Positions 52,101 to 64,000 of a stretch of DNA of 64,000 nt are shown piece by piece; positions within the stretch are counted from its first letter, which is position 1, and each line of letters begins with the position of its first letter. This stretch comes from Camelus ferus (lineage: Eukaryota). Below the pieces are notes generated by a model. The model saw only the letters and a program-made list of their open reading frames with translations. It did no database searches and was not told where the DNA came from. The stretch is taken from the NCBI RefSeq assembly GCF_009834535.1, contig NC_045707.1:57786001-57850000 (forward strand). Reading direction: 5' to 3'. A program made the translations under genes and the position numbers.

Positions 52101-53611
52101 AAAAATTGCAGCAGAAAATATCCAAGTGTTGAGAAATTTAGTATTTTGCATGATAATATTTCAAGATCATGAATATTAGGTTGCATTGATAAATCACTAA
52201 TTTGTTTCTGGTATGAAATAATTACCTGCTCCATGGTAAAATAAAATATTTCTTGGCTTATCAAGCATATGTTGGTTAAATTGTCCTAACCATTGTTGGG
52301 GCCTAGTTCTGAGTTTTTTCTTTTTTTAATTTCAGTAAAAATTCCCATTACAATACAATCAGTAATTTACTAGTATAATTCTAATTAATTATTAACAGTT
52401 TTCTTTTCTTTAAGTACCCAGTTAAATTCAATAAAAGTTAAGCTTTGAAGATTATTTTTTTATAAACACACTTTCTTTTTAAAGAAACATTAAAAAAAAA
52501 AGAGTAATTCTGCTTTTGCAGAAAAAAAGGCATATACAATCTAAAACTTGAAATTTGAGACTTTTACTATTCTTTATCTCTTACTTTTACCATAAGAACA
52601 CTTATGATGGCTCTTAACCCAGATATTTAATAAGTAATCCAAATGTTGGAGTAATATTTCCTGAGACATGTCTTCTCATATACAGGCAGATATATCTTAC
52701 TAAAATTTGAGATTGAACATGATGTATTCATTTTTACTGAAGGATAAAGTACCAAATTAAAGTGATGATAGGAAATCAGGGTTATGAAGCCTGAAAGCCA
52801 AACCTTAATGGCTCTTCCTGCTAAATAAAAAGGTACTGTTATATTGCAGCACTAGTAAAAATTGACTGCTACCATCATTCAGCATCAACTACAAGAATAT
52901 ACTTTCAGGAATCAGAGTTGAGACAAATAGTCTACTTTCTGCACAATCATGTTTGAAAATACAGTGGTAAGTACTATGATTTCTCTTCTGCAAAGGAAAT
53001 GAGGAATTAAGAAAAAGCCAGGTGGGACATACAGATCAAATAAGTAGTTTTTAAGGGTTCACCAAATGCCCAGCATTTCGCAAAATGCCTGTAAGAGGAA
53101 AAGAGAAATGGAGGGCATGATATCTGTTTTCAAAACTTTTGAATTGTCTTGGAGCAATCTAGCCTAATATACAGAGTAGTCAAGTCTTTGTTAACACAGT
53201 TTACATTTAATAGGCCTTAAGAATTGCTTATTAAATGAATGAAATGGATAATGTATGAGCAAAGACCATTGTCACACATTGGAAAACGTTTGCAAAGACA
53301 GTGATGTGTGGACAAGGTTTTAAATACCTTTAGTAAATACTCTAAATAATTTTTCCATATACAAAGTGAAAATACAGTTTGGCAGAATTTTTGTTTTGCT
53401 ACTTAAAATGGCACCATAAAAATCATCATTAATTAACCTTGATGATATGTCCAATGGGAACATGTCATGTTTGATATAATACTGTTAATGATACTTTCTT
53501 TTTTCTAGGTGTGACTTAAAGTTTACTCTTCAGAGGAAGAAGAGAATTTCAAAAATAGGTTAAAAAATTTAATAGTTAAATTAATTTTTTAAAGATGGAA
53601 GTGCTCTACAT

Positions 53612-53770
53612 CCTCTCTATTCAAAGAGTGGACCATGGACATGGAACATCAGGGTACCTTATTAAAAATTGCAGAATCCAAGATCCTGCTTCAAATCCAT
53701 AAAATCAGAACCTGTATTTTAACAGGATTTCCAGGTCATGTGCACACCCACTAAAGTTTAAGAAGTGTTG
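53612..53770. mobile_element. MER5-type hAT-Charlie MITE with 8-bp TSD (ctctacat)
   Basis: ctctacat at 53604-53611 and 53771-53778; internal tgcagaatc..aatcagaacctgtattttaacaggatttccagg..taaagtttaagaagtgttg. Confidence 0.8.
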
Positions 53771-54961
53771 CTCTACATACTTCAGGTTGAAGGCATGTAT
53801 ATGCATTTATAATGAATATTAGATAATTAATTAAGTATAAGCTTGTGATTTCTACCCTCTAATAGAGACTGTTAGAAAACTGAACAAGTAATTTTTCAGC
53901 TCTTATAATAGAACTGTGCTATTCCTTATGAGGAACCCAAAAGAAGTGTAGCACAGCATAAAATCATACACAATCTAGCTGAGCACATATAAAATAATCA
54001 GGATATAATGAGTTGCTTACTTTTGACATGATGACTATTAAATACAATAGAATGTAAGAACAGGACAGATAAATGTGAACTGGAAAAGTCACTCTGTGGG
54101 AGCAGAGGCAATCAGGTACAGAAAATACCCCGGGAAAAAAGGAAGAGGAGAAATAGAGATAACTGAGAACTTTGAAAGACTATCATGGGAATTTTGACTT
54201 TCTGGAGGTTGGTAATTGGGAGTCAACTTTAGTTCTTAAAAAAAGCAATGACATGATTGCAATGGGAGTCTTAGAAAGATTAACAGAATGAAAAAAAATG
54301 TATTATTGTAGGGATGAAGTTGAGTCAGAAAGCCTAGAAATTGAAGGTCACAGCTGTTTATGTCAGTTTGGAACTCAGCCTGTAGACGTGGTTAAGACTG
54401 TAGAGGTGGATGAACACATGAAGCAGTAGGAGAAAAGAGCAAAGAGCCAAGAGCAGACGAGCAGTTCACTCAACACTCAATGAACAACCATATTCCCAGC
54501 ACAGTGCTCCGCACTGGTGAAACAATAGTGACTAAGATTCGATCCTTGCCCTGAAGGAGCCAACTCAGTCATTTATGGTCTGAGACTTAGGCAAACAGAA
54601 AAGGCAACAAAGAGACAAAGGAGAAATTAGGAGAGACACTGAAGGGCTCAAAAAGCATAATACCCCGAAAGTCAAAGGAAGAGGGAACTCAAAGGAGTGT
54701 CAGAGGCATCTAAATATCAAGGGAAGAAAGGGTTTGGTACAAAATCAGTCTGATAGATTTTGAGAAAAAGGTGTCAGTTCATGTATTCAAATCTCTAAAC
54801 TGTTATTTACTTTTCCAAGCTTATCAATTTGCGACCTAAACCTCGGAGGATGAAAAAGTTCTAATGTAAATTTGTTTGCCAAGTAAGGCTCATTAGGACA
54901 AGTACTCACAGAATGTATATGCACCACTGTGCCTTTCCTATGCTCCAAAAATTATCAAAAC

Positions 54962-54962
<1 letters not shown>

Positions 54963-54996
<34 letters not shown>
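54963..54996 (+). repeat. (AC)17 microsatellite
   Basis: Directly visible. Confidence 0.95.
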
Positions 54997-54998
<2 letters not shown>

Positions 54999-55684
54999 CG
55001 TATAGGCAACTTGTCATCTTCTACAATTATCTGACTGCCAAATCCATTCCCAGGGATTTATTCTTAAAGAAACTTCAAATTGTTCATAAAGGAGGCTAAG
55101 AGTAGCACTGAAAGGGAAATTCAGTGATTTCCCTTGAAACATAAGCAAGAGCTTTGTTTCAATTTGGAAGGCTATAGATTTTACTGTTCTTTTTTTTTTT
55201 TTTTTTGACAGAATTAATACAACGTGGGAATGTGCCTACTCTCTTGACATATGCTTGAAGAACAGGATCATACACAAACCTCGAATAACATTAAAAGCCT
55301 TACGCAGAAAAAAAAAAGACAACCACGCATTCAAGATAATCACAGGTTACCTAGCCAGAGGAAAAAGAGGTTATTTTGCTTATTCTTGAGCAACTTCTTC
55401 CTGAAACTTACATTTTTCATTTAGAAATTTAATTCTGGGATCAATGATGTCTAAATAAAGTTTAGGTATACAGGAAATCCAAATACATTAAAGATATGGG
55501 AAATTTGAGGATTTTTATCAGATATACAAAGTCTAGAGTTTTCCAGAGTATACCATCAAAATAGCAGGTGTAGAATTGAGAATAATGTCTTACTATTTGC
55601 TACAACCATAAACAGTACATGGTCCAATACATGATTTAATGTCTTACATTTGTATTCACTAAACTAAGCCAATAAGCATAAAAA

Positions 55685-55852
55685 TGGTTGACATTTATTG
55701 AGCAGTTACTTAATATCAAAGTGCTATCTGACAGTTTTGCTTATATTTATCTCATTTATTCCTAAGAACTACCCCAGGAGGCAGGTACAGTTATTTTCCT
55801 CATTTCACAAATGAGAAAACAGAGGCACAGAAAGTTCAAGAATTAGCCCATC
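55685..55852. mobile_element. MIR SINE
   Basis: acatttattgagc..atctcatttattcct..catttcacaaatgagaaaacagaggcacagaaagtt. Confidence 0.8.
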
Positions 55853-56021
55853 ATTTATAAATAACAAAACTTTAAAATGGGTCAAGGAAATTAGTTCAAA
55901 ATCACTATAACTTTTATAGGCTTTATTAATGATACATGGATTTGATATGCTTGGTCCACCATACTTGTTTTTTACATTGTCTTTATATAATTATATATGC
56001 AAGTAAGTAATTGAGACATAC

Positions 56022-56160
56022 CTTTATCAAAAATACCTGGCAATCACTGATATAATCATATTCCAGTCCATCAAAAGAATGATAATGCCGGTCCCCATAC
56101 ACTGTACACATTGCTGGGCATGGATAGTATGTGCAATTGAACATTCCTCGTCGACAAACA
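56022..56160 (-). CDS. OTOGL: OTOGL exon (139 nt, phase 2-0), start of vWD domain: VCRRGMFNCTYYPCPAMCTVYGDRHYHSFDGLEYDYISDCQVFLIK
   Basis: ctaacag|TGTTTG...ATAAAG|gtatgt; vWD motif GDxHYxSFDG. Confidence 0.96.
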
Positions 56161-56912
56161 CTGTTAGAAAATAATACAAACGCTGTTACCTTTCTAAGAA
56201 ACTTGGCTCTAATTAGTATTTTTCAAGTGTCATAAATATTGGAAGGTTTGTATTCAAGAGCATTCACTGAGCCAATAGCCCTACTAAACATGGCCAATTG
56301 GTTCTAATAATATTTATTACAGTGATAGATTAAGCATATATTTACCACTTTGTTTAGATAAACTATTAGACATCACAACCAAGACTAAAAATTGTGCCTG
56401 GGTCATACTGAAAACAGATGATGGAATGCAAACCTGAACACGAACCTGCTGGTTCCTAAAAGACCAGAATGTCATTGCCTCTACTCCAGTCCACGTAAAC
56501 AGACATGACATGGTTCATAAGCTTAGAATTTTCACCCACGTTCCAAGGAAATTATACTTCAATTTTATTTTATGGTATTCTTCTGGCTCATTTCCAAACA
56601 GAAAACTTTCCATCAAATGTGACCTTCTCTTTGGAACATTTATCACTTTCTATAAACTTGAGGTATTTCTTCCGTTAAGTTTTTAAATGGCCATATTTCA
56701 TTCTTCTCTTCTTGGCTGAACAAATAGGCATAAAAATAATGGTATGATCCCCTGTGGGCAGTAGTTGCCCACAAACTCCTGAAAGCCTTTAAAGTCTTAT
56801 TCACTCAGACTTGGTTTGCTTTTTGCTGAAGTCAGGCACATTAAGTAAATAAGAGAGGACTGAGACTGATACAACTGCTTAGGAAAACTGTGAAATAAAT
56901 GGATCTCATTAC

Positions 56913-57020
56913 CAGGTATAACATGGTGTAGCAATCACTTCTCCTGAGAGGTACTCCCAGTCTTTCCAGATACACGGACAGCTTTCAGGAACGTAACACT
57001 TGCCTTTGTGCTCTGCCATT
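56913..57020 (-). CDS. OTOGL: OTOGL exon (108 nt, phase 2-2): MAEHKGKCYVPESCPCIWKDWEYLSGEVIATPCYT
   Basis: ttggaag|AATGGCA...ACCTG|gtaatg; Cys pattern of a TIL end and E module. Confidence 0.95.
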
Positions 57021-58909
57021 CTTCCAAATGAAGAAATAAATGCTATTTAATATAAACTACTAATTTCAGGTTTTAAAAAATCAGTGATCTTGTTATATTC
57101 AAAACCATTTATATTTATTACAACAATTGTAAGCATATTCTGTCTGACCTATGGAGGCACTGAGTCCAGTTTTTCTCCTCTATTTTTCTACAAAGTATCT
57201 TGCACATAACAGTAATAAATAAATGCCAGGGAAATGACTGGACACAATATCTTAACCTTTTGTTATCACCTACAAATACAACAAATACAAGTACAATAAA
57301 AAGGAGACGAAGTCTAAATTTCTGGGTAAAGAGAGCTATTCTGAAAAAACAATTAAAAAGGCAGTGAGGTTCCCTCTCTTCAATATTTGATATTTAAGAG
57401 CCTATGAGTCAAGAAATTTTTGATGAAATAGTGAATTATAAGCTGGATAAAATTTTCAATTACAGGATAGAGAGAGTAATCAAAAGCTTCTTTTATGAGT
57501 GCTTAAATTGAAAATCATGAGACTTTAGTTTAAATGTGTTTTGAATAAGAAATCATTACATCAAGTGTTTCACCTTCTTCATTATTAACATATCAAGTTT
57601 TGAGTATTGGTTTTCTTCAAAGCATTATTCCCTTCATGAAAGGTTACCTCATTAGAAAGTATCTTAAAATATCTATGAATATAAAAAATAAAATTATTAC
57701 TCATAACCTCAAGGAAAAATCAGTTTTGGTGCATTATCAAAATATTTCAATATGAAGATTAAATATATATTATATGTAATATTTATTTCAATACTCTTAA
57801 TATAAATATATACATATATTTTTCAATATTCTTAAAATCTTTTCTCAAAAATAGCTTTCATAATAATAAAACACTAATAAATAATACATATAATTTAAAT
57901 ATATAACTATAATATAATAATTTAAATTAGAATAATAAATAATAATAGCACAATAGTAATAGTAAGACTCAAAACTAGCAGTAAAAATAGATAAAATACT
58001 TAAAGTTTTTCTCTGAATTTGCTTTAAAATGTTATAGTTCAACATTATCAAAATTAACACAGAAGTGAGGAATCCTGAATTCCTGCCTGTTCTCTCGAAC
58101 AGAAATAATCACACAGGTTCCTTTAGTGCTCTGCTTCCCCGCTCATAGCTCAGCTGACACAGTACAGTAATTCCTTAATCAATGTATATGTTGTCCACTT
58201 GCTTTTAAGTTCTACTCCAGAAGACCATGAAGACCTTGTCAATGGTTATGTTCCAATGCCTGGTACATAGCAGATACTCAGTTGTTGAGTAAAGGTGAAG
58301 AAATGAATCTATCTATACAATAGGTTATTGCATCATCTCATTTAGATTTCTTTCTTTCAGATAACAGTACCCTAGAGTCCATACATTCTCCCCTCAACCT
58401 TCTTAAACTTCTAGTCACTTTCCATGAGTATTGCATCTCTCTTCTGCCTGGAAAACTGAAAGACTTTTCTCATCACTTAAAACTCAATTTACTGCAATCC
58501 CTTCAATGCAATCTTTTTATGTGCCACTCCCTATATGTAGTAATTTGTACACACCTTTATTGGTGGGTTCATCATGATGAACTGCAAGTACTTCACTAAA
58601 TGACTTACAGAGCAAATTAACACAACAACAAAAACTAGAGTTTTTGAGTGTTTACTATGGCCCAGCCACTGTAAATACATCATTGACTCATCTAATCCTA
58701 GTGACAATTCCATAAGGTAGATTCTGTTGTTACTTTATATGTGTATTTTAGTAACATTATCCCTTTAGCTTAACACAATGTCTCAAACGTTAGGTGCTTT
58801 ACAAATGCTGGATGTCTAATTGTTTCAATAAGAGATGCCCCACCTAAATGAACCACAATTCTTTTTACAATTCTCATTTCTGTTATTTTTTAATATTATT
58901 CACATTTAA

Positions 58910-59012
58910 GATTTTTTAACTGAAATATAGTTGATGTATAATAAATTAGCTTCAGGTGTACAGCACAGTGATTCAGTATTTTTGCAGATTATACACCATT
59001 GAAAGTTATAAC
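58910..59012 (-). mobile_element. Short L1 3'-end fragment
   Basis: tttttaactgaaatatagttgatgtataat..ttcaggtgtacagcacagtgattcagtatttttgcagattatacaccatt. Confidence 0.75.
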
Positions 59013-59171
59013 CATAATTCTTACATAACCAGCCAAAATAGTGGTTTTAAATGGTTATGCTGATGATTGGTGAGTTTTTCATAACTAATCAAAACTGGAA
59101 GAAGGAAGAAGAAAGCTATAAATCACTGTGAATTGTCTTCGTTCAGCAGATTTGTAAAGCGGGGTAAGTAG

Positions 59172-59360
59172 TAAACACTTACTGAGCACCTACCACGTGA
59201 CTGGTGTGCTGCAGATGCTCAACCATCTCTGAAGTAGATATCATTACACCCATTTTAAAGAGGAAGTTGAGACTCCAACTGGTTAAGTAATTTGTCCCAA
59301 GGTACTTTAGCTAATAAGAAAGAGGTCCAGTATTTGAACCCATTTCTGCATGACTTTTCC
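59172..59360. mobile_element. MIR SINE
   Basis: aacacttactgagcacctac..cccattttaaagaggaag..ggttaagtaatttgtcccaagg..atttgaaccca. Confidence 0.75.
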
Positions 59361-61065
59361 ACGACATTACTTTCCATTTCTTGAATCTACAATGATTTCT
59401 AAACTAAGGCATGTGGTCCATTTATACTCAAGGAACTTCTGGCAATGCGAGGAGCCCCAGGAAAACAAGGGATACTAGGCTATTGTCATAAAATAAAAAT
59501 AAACCAGCTGAAGCCATGTGGAAGACAATCCAAATCAGATTACCATAAAACAACTTTTTTAATAGAAATTTCTGTGTAACAAAATTATTTCCACATCTGT
59601 CAGAGGCCTCTTAGTCAATTTCCAACTATACTTATTTCAATAAAATAAGAGAAGGTGAGAGAAAATTACTTTAAGTTTTTATACTGATCTTTGACCAGTA
59701 AATTAAGAAATCACTGGTGAACTAAAAGTCAAAGGTGACAGCAAATACGTATTTTTTTTTTTAAATAGTAGCATCAACTACAAGCATGAAACAGAATTAG
59801 GATGCAGCTTGATCTAATCAGCCATGCATCTGAGTCACAATCAAATCAAATTAATCAAGCAATGTTGTAGGTTGCATTATTTTACCATAATAAAGCTTTT
59901 ATTTCCCTTGTCCCTTTTACTAAAATATCTTCCTTGCTCATCTGCTCCATGGCCTGATTTCTACCTGCCTTTATTTTCCCATGCAAGGCCTTGTTCTTTC
60001 ACCCTCCTTCTCTGTCCTTCCTTTCTAAAGAGATGGAGACCGTCCCAAGTTACTTGGCTCGTCAACCTACTCCAGACGGGGACCATTTAGACAAACGTGA
60101 CTCTCCTGGGAAACAGACCACAAAACCTCTCTCTTCTTTGCTCCTGGTTTATATGAATTGAGCCCAGGAGTCATTTTGTGTGAATATGTTCATCGAGGAA
60201 GAATGGGTGACCTGTTTGCCTTAGGTGGCCCTCCCGCTGTGCACTGCCGCTATTCATTACTGGAAGAGGGGAGGGCAGGGAGGCCAGATTCTACGTGTGC
60301 CTGCAAGGAAGCAGAGAGCCACCAGATTCTGTAATTGCCTTCCACGTGTACTAGACACTCCTGCTACTAAGGACATTTACAAAGATAAGAGTGAGTTATC
60401 CATAAAATAGTGACCCATATTTATTGAGTGTACACACCCCCCCCCCCATATCTCATGATGCCTTGTTGAGGCTTTAAAGGAACTTGCAGAAAAATCACTC
60501 AGCTAATATTGGCAGGACTGGGATTTGAACTAGGTGTGTCTGAAGCCAGAGTTCCTACTGTTACCCACTGCCCTAAGTTGCCTCAACACACCATTTTCTG
60601 TAACATCCATCAGATAAAGCAGCTGGCACCAGTAATATAACTTAACATCAGCAACAGTAACAGCACAACAGAATATACAAAGACACGCACTTCAAATGTT
60701 TTGAATGAAGAGTGGCTCACTGTTACTTTCCCCAAACTGCAGTTGATTCCGGGGTAAATGCCAAGACCATCCTGAAGTGACTTCCCTCCTCAATTCACTG
60801 TATTACTTAATTATTTTGTATACATAACATATCGTGACATTATTTAATCACGTGTGACAAGCGATATGTAGTATCTGAGATACAATATATGTGATGTATG
60901 ACATGAGCATAGAAAAATAATTACAATAGTCCTCTAGTCACCAACTTAATGTCAACCACCAGTCAGAACAACAATTGTAGCTATTTCTGTAAATAATGTT
61001 TTTAAGTGCTTTGTGTTTTCTGTCAAATCCTGAACGTTCAGTATCATCAGCAAAGAGAGCCTTAC

Positions 61066-61228
61066 CCTGGAGCACAAACACAGCCACTTATGCAGGGTGA
61101 TGATGGGGCACAAGTGAAGTTCATAGCCAGGTTTGCACAGGTAGTTTCACAATTTACACCACCAGCTGGTAATTCAGGGTCAGGAAACCTGCAGTCGAAA
61201 TACTGTTTTCCCTCGGGGCAGATGTGAA
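61066..61228 (-). CDS. OTOGL: OTOGL exon (163 nt, phase 1-2), TIL domain: HICPEGKQYFDC...CISGCVCAP
   Basis: ccctgaag|TTCAC...CCAGG|gtaagg; overlaps ORF 61062..61283. Confidence 0.96.
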
Positions 61229-62817
61229 CTTCAGGGACAAGGCACAGATAAATTACCTTTAACTTTGTATTTACTCTATACACACCTAATCATATTGACA
61301 TGCATTTGTCATCAAAACAGAATTCATCATAGAATACAGTGAATTTTACCAGTTATAACAGACCCTCCTCTGTGATGTCTGGTTCACGAGCTTACAAACA
61401 TTCCCTAGCCAGATTTCCTTTAATCACCTGAATTTTCAAAATCTATTTCAAGTTTGAAAAACTTAGCTGCCTTCCATAAGCCAATAACTGAACAACTAGT
61501 ATATAATTTTCTGAGGTCCAGAAACACGGTATTTTGGTTAATCCACACATACCGCATCAATTTTTGAGGACTGACAGTACAGTATATTTAAACTTCTACA
61601 AAGCTACGCACCTACAACAAACACACAATATAATTTGGATCTTGCTTCACCTCTGAGTCATTATTTACATCAATCCTCACTATAATGTAGATGTGCAGAA
61701 AATGAACATAATGATAGGCAAGGTAGGGGCTACATATTGCTCCAGAAAGCTTTTAGATTCAGAGGGATTAAATAACACCCCTTGTCTGGGGCCAAAAGGA
61801 ATCTTGAAGATTCCTCTGTGAGAAGTCTGGCCACCTGGGCTTCCTTTTCTCCAATTGAGCCACCCTGAAGCAAATGGGGTGAGGCAGGGAGGGCCCAGGG
61901 ACTACCAAACAGGTGTGGGGTCCATGCACATAACGCTGGAAAGAAGGCCTGGGCAGCCTGAATCCTCACAAAGTAAGTCCAGGGCACATAATTCAGAACT
62001 CATTCATAAAATATATATATAACTTTGCAAATAAATAACAGAGCAATAGCTAACAATTTGTTTTACCAGCCTACACTCTTTCTGTCCAGTAAAGTAAACA
62101 GAAGGTAGTTTTATTATTTGCCTAGAATTTCCCCACAGTGACTAAATACTGGAGGCTTTTTGTGTGGTGAAAATAAAGAACATAAGGAGCCTTTAATGTA
62201 TAGGATCTTCAGGAATGATATGCAGCCGTACAGTGATAGTCTCCCGAGAGACGGCAGTTGATATCAGTTTACACACCATTTTTAATTGACAGCTGCTTGT
62301 CTGAAAGCCTGGCTCCCCATAACATAGCCCAGGAACCAGTGGCATGAGCATGACTTTGGCCGTCAACAGACACGTCTCAGGCCTCAGCGCTGATCCCCGG
62401 GTGACGAGGATGCACATTAGAATCTGAGAAGTGCTGGTCTGGAGTAGGGTCTCCCGACTGCTGCTGCACAAGTGAGTTCCAACAGGTGCCTGGATACATC
62501 TCCCCAAAGCCACTGGGGCACCTGGGGGGGGGGGTTGGTGGCATCAAGGTGGCATCCCTGGGTTGATCAGCTCTGCCCCTAAGCAGCCTTAGAAGGCTTA
62601 CCCCACATTGTCCTACGAATGTTGTAATTCCGCATGTGAAAAAAGCTAGGAAGTACCGGAGTACCATGTTGAGAAACATTCCCAAGGCTGTATTCATGCA
62701 CATTGGCAAGGACAGTTGTGATGGATTAACAACTTCTGCCCTAAGAGTAGGGGCAGATGCAAGATTAATAACTTAAAGCCATATTCTCTTTAAGGAAAGC
62801 ATCTATCTAGATCTTAC

Positions 62818-62870
62818 CAGTAGAGGGCGTTGCTAATTCATCACATTTCACAGTCCCATTTGAACACTGG
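62818..62870 (-). CDS. OTOGL: OTOGL exon (53 nt, phase 2-1): QCSNGTVKCDELATPST
   Basis: ctactag|CCAGTGT...TCTACTG|gtaaga; joins the next exon in frame. Confidence 0.92.
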
Positions 62871-63041
62871 CTAGTAGAATTAAACAAAGAGTTAATTCAT
62901 GACCCAAATCTCAGGTTTTTTTCTATATTTCAAAAACAATATAACATGCAAGAATTGACTAATTACATATACAAATATTATTTTTCCCACAGAATTTCTT
63001 ACAAATAAGTTACTGGTTTAGGTCCGATTTGAAGACAGCTA

Positions 63042-63600
63042 TTTCAGTCCAACACATTTTTATCAAACACCTATATGTGTGGGGCACTGTGGTAGGCATG
63101 GGGACCTCAGAGACCAAACTTCATAGTTTTGACCCAAATGCTTATATATATTCTAGTAGGAGAGAAAGACATACAAATAAATAATTCACCTAGTGTGACA
63201 CGCAACATAGAAATTTAAGATATAGAAGTAAAACACAGAAAAATGTTCAAAAATCTACTCACAGTTGACATCAAGGGCTGTCAAAGAAGATAAGGTCTGG
63301 AAAATTTTGAAGAAGGGATGGAGGTTTGATACAGATAAGGTAGGAAGGCTGTCACACTCAGTGGGGATGTAGTTCAAAGCCACGTAGGGGCAGAACAGCT
63401 TTCTACGCAACAAAGTGCCACGTGGGAAGTGACAGGAGATGCAGATGGCAAAGAATCAAAGGCGAGCTCCTATTAAGATGCTAAGACTTTATCCCTAAAG
63501 TGAGTCACTGAAGTGAAAAGTGATACGGTTGGTTTGAATTCTTAGAAAAGTCATTCTGGCAGCGGTGTTGAAAACAGAGTGGAGTCATGTCTTGCAACTT
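63042..63600. mobile_element. L2 LINE 3' fragment
   Basis: caacacatttttatcaaacacctatatgtgtggggcactgtggtaggcatgggg..ttagaaaagtcattctggcagcggtgt. Confidence 0.65.
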
Positions 63601-64000
63601 AAGCCTCCAGTTAGAGAATAAGGCAAAAATGAAATACAGGTAAAATGCATCTTGAAAATCCCTTAAGAGTACATCATGAGAAGGAAAAACACACCAGGTC
63701 TCAGTAACGCCAACATAACCAGGTTCTCCTCCAGCTCTGGACTAGGTGGTGTTTTCTATATTTGAGCCCAGATGAAGAAGCTGACTAGCAGAGAAGGGCC
63801 ACGTCATGTGAAGAATAGGCTTATGCCTCATCTGACATTAGGATGACACTTAGAAATGTGACTCACTCACACCGTGAGCAGCAGAGAGGACTGAGACAGA
63901 GCCCAGGTCACAGATCAGCACTTTCACATCAGACTTATCCTGGGACAGAGGCTTTTTGGAAGAAATGGAAAATGAGATCGTGGCAATAATTTTTTTTTTT

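Larger units (their letters stand above)
1..64000 (-). other. OTOGL: OTOGL (otogelin-like) gene body, partial; 28 internal coding exons visible, both ends outside the window
   Basis: The spliced minus-strand translation is open and matches my recollection of mammalian OTOGL (e.g. HICPEGKQYFDCRFPDPELPAGGVNC, LALVSLESAERPNYFLYVHD, GICNEDPDDDLRMQNGTII). Every junction is GT-AG and phase-compatible. Confidence 0.97.

Noticed and set aside
56022..56160. Possible GDPH autocleavage site in the vWD domain
   Set aside because: The sequence is GDRH, with no Asp-Pro bond; the other vWD domain lacks the motif entirely.
57760..57965. Very AT-rich tract containing a Tyr/Ile-rich ORF
   Set aside because: Low-complexity sequence; the ORF is a compositional artefact.
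62193..62709. Two ~110-aa minus-strand ORFs in GC-richer sequence
   Set aside because: The region contains hAT/MER5-like termini (gcacattagaatctgagaagtgctgg), the adjacent exons join without it, and the translations are not recognisable.
1..64000. Pseudogenisation of OTOGL, or prokaryotic systems such as CRISPR arrays or operons
   Set aside because: All 28 exons are open and phase-compatible. I saw no regularly spaced repeat-spacer array or gene-dense region.

Overview
Mammalian genomic DNA, most likely a camelid (judged from a camelid-type tRNA-derived SINE at ~3.25-3.40 kb). The whole window lies inside OTOGL (otogelin-like, an inner-ear von Willebrand factor/gel-forming-mucin family protein) on the minus strand. 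I traced 28 consecutive internal coding exons by hand, from 62870 down to 59. All have GT..AG boundaries and matching phases, and they join into an uninterrupted 3629-nt frame (1209 full codons). The frame covers TIL/E modules, a vWD-C8-TIL assembly with an inserted AbfB-like domain, a short Pro/Thr linker, a second vWD-C8-TIL assembly and C-terminal Cys-rich repeats. The start and stop codons lie outside the window. Introns hold L1, L2, MIR, MLT1 and DNA-transposon relics plus microsatellites; repeat family names come from recalled consensus features and their boundaries are approximate. There is no prokaryotic system, CRISPR array or RNA gene. The leads worth checking are a possible fossil mucin-type exon, two microexons, a candidate poison exon, an intronic hairpin, an odd cysteine count and an excess of AAG acceptors.
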